Source of the DNA: Octopus sinensis
Taxonomy: Eukaryota
Direction: 5' to 3'
Assembly (NCBI RefSeq): GCF_006345805.1
Contig: NW_021828913.1
Coordinates: forward strand, 1 to 7,337
Length of the DNA: 7,337 nt
Shown here: positions 1-6,486 of the stretch, one piece after another
Layout of the letters: each line of letters starts with the position of its first letter
Position numbering within the stretch: the stretch's first letter is position 1
Notes under the pieces: generated by a model
Told to the model about the DNA's origin: nothing
The model's input: only the letters and a program-made list of their open reading frames with translations
The model's database searches: none
Program-made: the position numbers and the translations under genes

Positions 1-938
1 CTACCCATAAGGGGCTAAACACAGAGGAGACAAACAAGGACAGACAAACGGATTAAGTCGATTACATAGACCCCAGTGCGTACTAGTACTTATTTAATCG
101 ATCCCAAAGGATGAAAGGCAAGTCGACTCGGCTGAATTTTGAACTCAGAACGTAACGGCAGACGAAATACCTATTTCTTACTACCCCAGGAGGCTAAACA
201 CAAAGGCAGACAAACAAGGATAGACACACGGATTAAGTCGATTACAAGACCCCAGTGCGTAACTGGTACTTATTTAATCGACCCCGAAAGGATGAAAGCA
301 AAGTCGACCTCGGCGGAATTTGAACTCAGAACGTAACGGCAGACGAAATACCTATTTCTTACTACCCACAAGGGGCTAACACAGAGGGGACAAACAAGAC
401 AGACAAACGGATTAAGTCGATTACATCGACCCCAGTGCGTAACTGGTACTTATTTAATCGACCCCGAAAAGAAAAGGCAAAGTCGACCTCGCGGAATTTG
501 AACTCAGAACGTAACGGCAGACGAAATACCATTTCTTTACTACCCACAAGGGGCTAAACACAGAGGGGACAAACAAGAACAGACAACGGATTAAGTCGAT
601 TACATCGACCCCAGTGCGTAACTGGTACTTATTTAATCGACCCCGAAAAGATGAGGCAAAGTCGACCTCGGCGGAATTTGAACTCAAACGTAACGGCAGC
701 GAAATACCATTTCTTTACTACCCACAAGGGGCTAAACACAGAGGGGACAAAACAGAACAGACACGGATTAAGTCGATTACATCGACCCCAGTGCGTAACT
801 GGTACTTATTTAATCGACCCCGAAACGATGAAAGGCAAAGTCGACCTCGGCGGAATTTGAACTCAGAACGTAACGGCAGGCGAAATACCGTTAAGCATTT
901 CGCCCGGTGTGTTAACGTTTCTGCCAGCTCGCCGCCTT
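1..938 (-). mobile_element. tRNA-derived SINE whose body is amplified as a tandem array: one 5' head (~890-938) followed by five 178-181 bp units, running off the left edge
   Basis: The anchor GAAATACC ends at 171, 352, 530, 708 and 889 (periods 181, 178, 178, 181). The minus-strand head has an A-box-like TGGCAGAAACG (926-916) and a B-box GAGTTCAAATTCC (864-852). The B-box recurs in every unit and the A-box only once. The body motif GCCTTTCATC(C/G)TTTCGGGGTCGAT..AATAAGTACCAG resembles Octopus SINE bodies from memory; family name not verified. Confidence 0.9.
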
Positions 939-1631
939 TGAATTCTTCTTACCCTCATATTTTCACTCTTATGTGCAATCACTCCCCCTTTTTTTCTTTT
1001 TTTTTTTTTTGCAGTGCACACACATACATACACTTGGGCTTTTGGATTAAGTAACAATGAAGTCTTTCGATGTTTAATGAATAATCAATTCGATCTGCAT
1101 ATTTCATCGCTGTTTTTCCATCCTATTTTATTGACTGTGTACATTTTCTCCTTATGCTGGAGCGTCAATAAAAAAAATAATAAAACAATTCTGTTACATA
1201 TTTTATATCTCACTTAACTTTGATATTTCGTACATATTTTCCTTTAAATAATTTGCCTTATTTTTCCAATGCCGAAAAGAACGTGTGAATTTACGTAAGA
1301 AATCAGAAACGATTACGCTTTTCTACAAAAAACTTCTAGCAGAGTAAAACGTGTTTTGCAGGGTTCTTCGTTGTACACAGGAAGAGGTCGTATATTTAAG
1401 CATCATTTAGTTGTTACTTAAGTAGAGTAAGATTATTTTAAAGCAGAAAGTCAGAAACAATCGACTTGGAGTTTCTGGTTGCCGCGAAAGACTTTTATGA
1501 CTAAATTCTGCAGACATGCCATGAATCAGAATTGAGAAGTTTGCAGTTAAGATTGACTAAAGAATTAGAAAGAAAGTAATGAGAATTGGTTTTAAATTTT
1601 GGCAAAAAGACCAGCATTTCGGGGGAGGGTC

Positions 1632-1760
1632 AACTGGTGCTTATTTTATCGACTAAAGGATGAAAGGCAATGTAGCCCACGGCGGAATTTTAAGTGAGAA
1701 CATAAAACCGCACGAAATGCCGCTAAGCAAGCTTCTTTTCAGACAGCCACGCCTCCGCCT
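1632..1760 (-). mobile_element. Degenerate solitary copy of the same or a sister SINE family as 1-938
   Basis: AACTGGTGCTTATTTTATCGAC..AAAGGATGAAAGGCAA...CGGCGGAATTT...GAGAAC...CGAAATGCCGCTAAGCA aligns by eye with the array unit and head junction, with many substitutions. Confidence 0.8.
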
Positions 1761-1763
1761 ATC

Positions 1764-1775
1764 TATATATATATA

Positions 1776-1827
<52 letters not shown>

Positions 1828-1882
1828 TATATATATTATTATATATATATACATCTATATATATATATATATATATTATATA
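1764..1882. repeat. Interrupted (TA)n microsatellite
   Basis: Direct reading. Confidence 0.97.
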
Positions 1883-1914
1883 CTTTATTTAAAAGCAGCA
1901 GAAATATAATAAAG

Positions 1915-1952
1915 TTGTTACTCAGAGTTTCACGTTCCCGTTCGTCGGACAG
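1915..1952 (-). ncRNA. Mirror-image type I hammerhead fold (U4C) in the left palindrome arm
   Basis: The minus strand reads CTGT CCGACGA ACG GGAA CGT GAAAC TCTGA GTA ACAA. Stem I has 3 bp plus a C-A mismatch. Cleavage triplet GUA at 1921-1919. Confidence 0.72.
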
Positions 1953-1968
1953 TTTGAGTTAAGAAAAA

Positions 1969-2006
1969 CTGTCCGACGAACGGGAACGTGAAACTCCGAG
2001 TAACAG
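1969..2006 (+). ncRNA. Type I hammerhead ribozyme fold with a U4C core variant
   Basis: Stem I CTGT (1969-72)/ACAG (2003-06); core CCGACGA (1973-79); stem II ACG-GGAA-CGT; GAAA (1990-93); stem III ACT-CCG-AGT; predicted cleavage after GUA (2000-2002). All elements are in the correct order and spacing. Activity untested. Confidence 0.8.
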
Positions 2007-2130
2007 CTTTTGTTATATTTCTGCTGCTTTTAAATAAATCATATTACTCTACCTCTGGTATTTGAGTACTCTTTTTCCCACCTTGTTTCACATTTATGTG
2101 CTTACTCCGGTCTATATATATATATATATC

Positions 2131-2349
2131 ATTAACTTTCAAAATGTGACCTCGTGTGTACCGTTGGCGATTTTTTTACCTCTGTCTTCCCTTCTCTGGA
2201 CCTTTCCTTCTCCTATGTTTCCGACGAAGAGCTCCGCTCGAAACGTTAAACCCTCCTTCTTTCCTTCTTTCCTGAGCGTCCAATAATACTATATTTGTTC
2301 CACGTCCTCGCGTTGTTGTGTTTTTTTTTGTGCTTTCTTGTTTGGATTA

Positions 2350-2352
<3 letters not shown>
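2131..2352 (+). mobile_element. Element B: ~220 bp non-coding HHR-bearing element between (TA)n tracts, PLE terminal-repeat-like
   Basis: Bounded by (TA)n at 2113-2129 and from ~2354. Pyrimidine-rich plus strand with a central HHR. Shares the downstream GAGCGTC..TAATAC motif with element C. Confidence 0.7.
2217..2251 (+). ncRNA. Minimal type I hammerhead fold (U4C, extra A after A9, loopless palindromic stem III)
   Basis: GTTT CCGACGA A GAGC-TCC-GCTC GAAAC GTT AAAC. Stem I GTTT/AAAC; stem III is ACGT with no loop; predicted GUU cleavage after 2247. Confidence 0.72.
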
Positions 2353-2389
<37 letters not shown>

Positions 2390-2440
2390 TGCATACATAT
2401 ATTTGTGTGTGTCTGCGCCTTTGTGTTTGTGTTTGTGTTT

Positions 2441-2635
2441 GATTTACATAGCCTGACAACGAGCGTTGGTTTGTTTGCGTCCCCGTTACCCAGCGACTCG
2501 GCGGAAAGCGATCGACGGATAAATAGCAGAATTTTAAAGAAAGATAAATACCAGAACGACCTAACCTTCGAAAGCGGTTACTCTCCCAACATGGCTGCAA
2601 TTCAACGAGCGAAACAAACAAAGCAAGAATAAAAT
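2441..2635 (+). mobile_element. Old, degenerate SINE-like interspersed repeat (3' part)
   Basis: A GC-richer island (GGTTTGTTTGCGTCCCCGTTAC...CCAACATGGCTGCAATTCAACGAGCGAAACAAACAAAG) ending in an A-rich tail. It resembles an Octopus SINE body and tail from memory only; no clear A/B box. Confidence 0.4.
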
Positions 2636-3258
2636 AGTATCGAATATCGTTTTATATTAACAGCGTTTCCTTTTTTTTTTTTCTTTTTTTCCTGTAAAAT
2701 TGAAAATATTATTGTTTTTCACAAACAGAGAAACAGCTATATATCAATTTTATGAAATTTATTAAAGCATTTCCAAATTTATTAAATTGATTCCCCTATT
2801 TCTTAATTTAATGCCAGTACTATGCGACCCATGAAATTGTCTTAAATATTACCTTGTAAGCATCCAGCTAAGATATAAAATGCTTAAGGGTTGGCTAACA
2901 ACTTATTAACAAGAATTTATCACAAATAATAGGATAGGTTGGGGTCTTTTTGTTGTTTCTTTCTCTCGGTTTTTTTTGGGGGGGGGTTTTCTTTTCTCTA
3001 AAACTTTTCTATTTAATACATTTAATTTAATATTTTACAAAATGCTTTCCGCATTATATTTCTAATTAAATGTTGATTAATATTCAAAAATTGAATTTAA
3101 TGAAATTAAAAGCGATAAAGGTTGAGCGTTTATAACATTACTGCGAGATGTTTCAATGGAAGACAGACATTGTTACGTTCCGTTAATAATAATTCGATCG
3201 AAGAATGAAATATGCGCCATAATTATAGATTCTCCTTGTCGATGTTATTGTCATCGTC

Positions 3259-3291
3259 GTTGTTGCTGTTGTTGTTGTTGGTGTTGTTGTT
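3259..3291. repeat. Short imperfect (GTT)n microsatellite
   Basis: Direct reading. Confidence 0.85.
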
Positions 3292-3384
3292 AGGGTGGTG
3301 GGGTGGCTGGTCTTGTGTTTTGGCTACTGTATGACATTTTCAATGTTTTTCGGCTCACTTTCTATAACACCCTCTCCATCAGTA

Positions 3385-3607
3385 TCTATATATGTGTATA
3401 TGCATGTGCACACGTGTGTGTGCGTATACACACATACATTTATATATATATATCATGATATATATATATATATATATATGTAAGCATGTAGGTATGCATA
3501 TATGTGCATACATATATATATATATAATATGCATGTAATATATATATATATATATATATAATATATAATATATATGTGTGTATACACGTATTATTTATAT
3601 ATATGTA

Positions 3608-3638
<31 letters not shown>

Positions 3639-3761
3639 CATATGTGCGTGTGTATTTGTATATACATGCATTATGTGTACAGAAATATCTTGATGTGTAT
3701 GCACGTATGTTTGTCTGTGTATGTCTGTGCATGCGTAAGTGTATGTATATATATGTGTGTG

Positions 3762-3801
<40 letters not shown>

Positions 3802-3808
3802 TAGATAA

Positions 3809-3839
<31 letters not shown>

Positions 3840-4038
3840 CATACATACATACATACATACATACATACATACATACATACATACAAATACATGCATACAT
3901 ATATACACATATACGTACATACATGTGTCTATACATATACAGATATACATTTACATGCATATGTATAGATATGCGTAGGTATGCGAGTGTATATATATAC
4001 ACACACATATATATATATAAGTACATATATGCATGCAT
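3385..4038. repeat. Compound microsatellite block: (TA)n/(TG)n mix, (AG)n ~3781-3800, (ATAG)n ~3800-3838, (ATAC)n ~3839-3900
   Basis: Direct reading. It accounts for the overlapping Y/I/V/C-rich ORFs in the track. Confidence 0.95.
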
Positions 4039-4369
4039 GGTGCGCAATATTCTATTGCTAGCCTGTTTCTGTGGTAGCTTGTTCCTGGTGGTATTTTTTT
4101 AATTATTATAATTATTTCTTCCTGTATGAACTCAAGTAACAGCACAATGAGCGTGACTTTGTAGTTAATGATCAAAGCGTGGTTGGTGGAGAAGGTTAAA
4201 GGGGAGATAATTTAAATTTAACTACTTGTTTATAAATGAACTCAGAAATAATTAGAAACACATTTATAATAAAACAAAAGAAAAAACGTTATAATTTTAA
4301 TTTTATTATCATTTCAATACCAAAACACCACTAACAAAGAACAGAAACAACATACGTGTGTGTTGTTAT

Positions 4370-4371
<2 letters not shown>

Positions 4372-4464
<93 letters not shown>
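4372..4464. repeat. (TA)n microsatellite
   Basis: Direct reading, with one G interruption. Confidence 0.97.
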
Positions 4465-4466
<2 letters not shown>

Positions 4467-4521
4467 GGATATTATTACTGTTATAATAATGTCAGTGGCT
4501 AACATGCGCATAAAAACCATA

Positions 4522-4795
4522 AATGTTATAATTATTAGTTACTAATAAATGGTACTGCAGGTAATACCAGCGTGCTAAAATAGCAGTCAAAACGACTCAG
4601 TCAAAACAAGTTTTCATTTTTACATAAAGATGAAGTCGGAGGAACGGGCAAAATTACTAAGACCAATGTCGGAAAAATCGAAAATTGTAAAGTCAGACAT
4701 TGTAAAAATGAAAAGTGGTGGTTTTGAATCGTTTTGACTGCTATTTTAGCATACCGTTACAAACTGTAGTACCATTCATTATTAATTATATAACA
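4522..4795. mobile_element. Foldback/MITE-like element with ~100 bp imperfect inverted arms (4522-4624 and 4701-4795) and a 76 bp spacer
   Basis: Colinear reverse-complement blocks: 4522-4534/4783-4795 (13/13), 4548-4560/4764-4776 (12/13), 4573-4595/4729-4751 (23/23), 4611-4624/4701-4714 (14/14). Confidence 0.8.
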
Positions 4796-4801
4796 TTAGT
4801 A

Positions 4802-4844
4802 ATATATATATATATATTATATATCTATATATATTATATATATA

Positions 4845-4915
<71 letters not shown>

Positions 4916-4931
4916 TATATAATATATATAT
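4802..4931. repeat. Interrupted (TA)n microsatellite
   Basis: Direct reading. Confidence 0.97.
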
Positions 4932-5017
4932 AAAATTTAGAGAAAAACAGAAGACGAAGACATGTGTATAAACAACAAGCAGGTGTATTAGTTTGACGCT
5001 CGGAAAGGTAAGAAAGT

Positions 5018-5053
5018 CTTTTACGTTTCGAGTCTACGCTCTTCAACATAAAG
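5018..5053 (-). ncRNA. Decayed minimal hammerhead motif (core ATGTTGA)
   Basis: CTTT ATGTTGA A GAGC-GTAG-ACTC GAAAC GTA AAAG. Stem I and the GUA site are intact; C3 is lost and stem II has one mismatch. Confidence 0.6.
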
Positions 5054-5266
5054 GAACACAACGAAATAAAGAGAGAGACATTATAAAAAGGAGACAGAAT
5101 AAAAACCTGCTCGAGTACATGAAACATGAATTATTGTTTCGAACAACGAAAGACACAAATGGAAAACAAAACAAACAACATAAAGGACGACTCTTCATCA
5201 GTTGTTGGCTGTTTTTCTACTCTAGTATTTCGAGCATTATATATACCTGTTTATTTTCTGTTATTC

Positions 5267-5302
5267 CTTTCTGTTGAAGAGCGTAGGCTCGAAACATAAA
5301 AA
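5267..5302 (+). ncRNA. Decayed minimal hammerhead motif (core CTGTTGA)
   Basis: CTTT CTGTTGA A GAGC-GTAG-GCTC GAAAC ATA AAAA. Stem II is intact; the site reads AUA where the other copy has GUA (CpG-type change) and stem I has 3 bp. Confidence 0.6.
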
Positions 5303-5393
5303 ACTTTTTCATCTTCCCGAGCGTCAAACTACAACACCTGTTTGTTCTTCGTACACCTATCTTCGTCTTTTCTTTTTTCCTATAAATTTCAAC

Positions 5394-5430
5394 TATATGT
5401 ACATATATAGCATATGTATATATATATATA

Positions 5431-5480
<50 letters not shown>

Positions 5481-5542
5481 GATTATATATGCATGTGTAT
5501 ATATATGCGTGTGTGTGTGTGGGTGTGGGTGTGGGTGGGTGT
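5394..5542. repeat. (TA)n grading into (GT)n and (GGGTGT)n
   Basis: Direct reading. Confidence 0.93.
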
Positions 5543-5963
5543 ACATAGGAATTATTAGATGCACTCGACGCCCCACAATTAAACCAAATAGGTATCGGCT
5601 CTTATATATGCACATATATAAAATATAATTTTTCCATTTGCCGGAACTGAAATACGTTTTTCACCCCCACCACGCCAGGAATATCTGTTTCCCCATTAGC
5701 ACTGGTATGTTTTCAATTTCATACCATATTTCTGTGCGTCTCTGCTAATAACAACAATATACTTGAGTGGGTTTCGTCCAATGTATTAAAGCGTAAGTCT
5801 CCAAAATATAACGTCTGTTATGGCCTGTTATTCAACGCAATAGCCATCACCATCAAGGTCCGCTCTACGATGGGTAGTAACAATCGGATATCGAGAACTT
5901 TGCTGAGGATTCGAGCAGTTCCAAGTGACACTAATTTCTGTAGATCCTTTATCTTCACATTTA

Positions 5964-6230
5964 ATAATAAATAAATGCGCCCTTTTAAAGCCTAGCCAGG
6001 CTCATGGGCCCGGTTTTCCGGTTTCTATGGCGTATGTGTTCCAACGTTCCCAAGCTGGACGAAACGCCAGTCCATCGCAGGGTTACTCATTTTTGCCAGC
6101 TGAATGGACTGGTGCAACGGGAAATGAAGTGTTTTGCTCAAGAAGACAACGCGTCGCCCGGTCCAGGAATTGAAACCACAATCTTACAGATCATGATGCT
6201 GACACCCTAACCACTAAGCCACGCGCCTCC
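5964..6230 (-). mobile_element. tRNA-derived SINE with a CORE-like central domain, downstream unit of the dimer
   Basis: A-box TGGCTTAGTGG (6221-6211); B-box GGTTTCAATTCC (6177-6166); CORE-like GTTGTCTTCTTGAGCAAAACACTT...CAGTCCATTCAGCTG; tail ending in ATTT/ATT repeats. Confidence 0.92.
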
Positions 6231-6486
6231 AAATAAATGCGCCCTTTTAAAGCCTAGCCAGGCTCATGGGCCCGGTTTCCCGGTTTCTATGGCGTATGTG
6301 TTCCCCAGCTGGACGGGACACCAGTCCATCGCAGCGTTACTCATTTTTGCCAGCTGAATGGACTGGTGCAACGGGAAATGAAGTGTTTTGCTCAAGAAGA
6401 CAACGCGTCGCCCGGTCCAGGAATCGAAACCACAATCTTACAGATCATGATGCTGACACCCTAACTACTAAGCCACGCGCCACCAC
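6231..6486 (-). mobile_element. Second copy of the same SINE, upstream unit of the dimer
   Basis: A-box TGGCTTAGTAG (6475-6465); B-box GGTTTCGATTCC (6431-6420). It differs from the other unit by about 9 substitutions and an 8-nt indel (hand count). Confidence 0.92.

Larger units (their letters stand above)
1884..2112. mobile_element. Element A: non-coding element with a 72/73-bp palindrome (arms 1884-1955 and 1966-2038, 10-nt loop) plus a unique right extension, flanked by (TA)n; likely PLE terminal-repeat derivative
   Basis: The arms are reverse complements except for 3 mismatches (1910/2012, 1915/2006, 1924/1997) and a 1-nt indel. Each arm holds a hammerhead fold. PLE assignment is inferred from HHR content and inverted-terminus architecture. 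Confidence 0.8.
4932..5392. mobile_element. Element C: two diverged, outward-pointing inverted copies (~4932-5070 minus, ~5250-5392 plus) of an HHR-bearing unit, flanked by (TA)n; PLE terminal-repeat-like
   Basis: The reverse complement of 4932-5070 aligns over ~140 bp with 5250-5390 at roughly 80% identity by eye, for example TTCCTTT.TGTTGAAGAGCGTAG.CTCGAAAC.TAAAA and CCGAGCGTCAAACTA. Confidence 0.82.

Noticed and set aside
1-938. CRISPR-like array or coding repeats (ORFs 139-336, 362-547, 454-687, 614-1054, 651-860)
   Set aside because: The units are homologous along their whole length with no unique spacers. The ORFs shift frame between units and arise from the SINE repeat.
981-1056. Strong polypyrimidine tract plus GCAG (AG at 1013-1014) as a splice acceptor, with a possible donor at ~1051
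   Set aside because: It could be a real acceptor, but the following sequence is CA-repeat-like with no recognisable coding signal. It cannot be supported without transcript data.
2062-2632. ORFs 2062-2286, 2289-2621 and 2405-2632
   Set aside because: They cross microsatellites and unrelated repeat boundaries and have no recognisable domain.
5125-5201. Alternative type I hammerhead on the minus strand using CTGATGA (5201-5195) and GAAAC (5140-5136) with a long stem II loop
   Set aside because: Stem II relies on wobble pairs with a ~45-nt loop, and no stem I partner follows any candidate cleavage triplet.
3295-5615. Numerous ORFs rich in YI/IY/VC/MY repeats
   Set aside because: They are translations of stop-free (TA)n, (TG)n and (ATAC)n microsatellites.
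5704-5725. GGTATG/CATACC 6-bp hairpin
   Set aside because: It is short enough to be expected by chance, and nothing else supports it.
6166-6230. Possible genuine tRNA genes at the SINE heads (also 6420-6484 and 852-938)
   Set aside because: A/B boxes are present but I could not form a full cloverleaf, and each continues into a SINE body.
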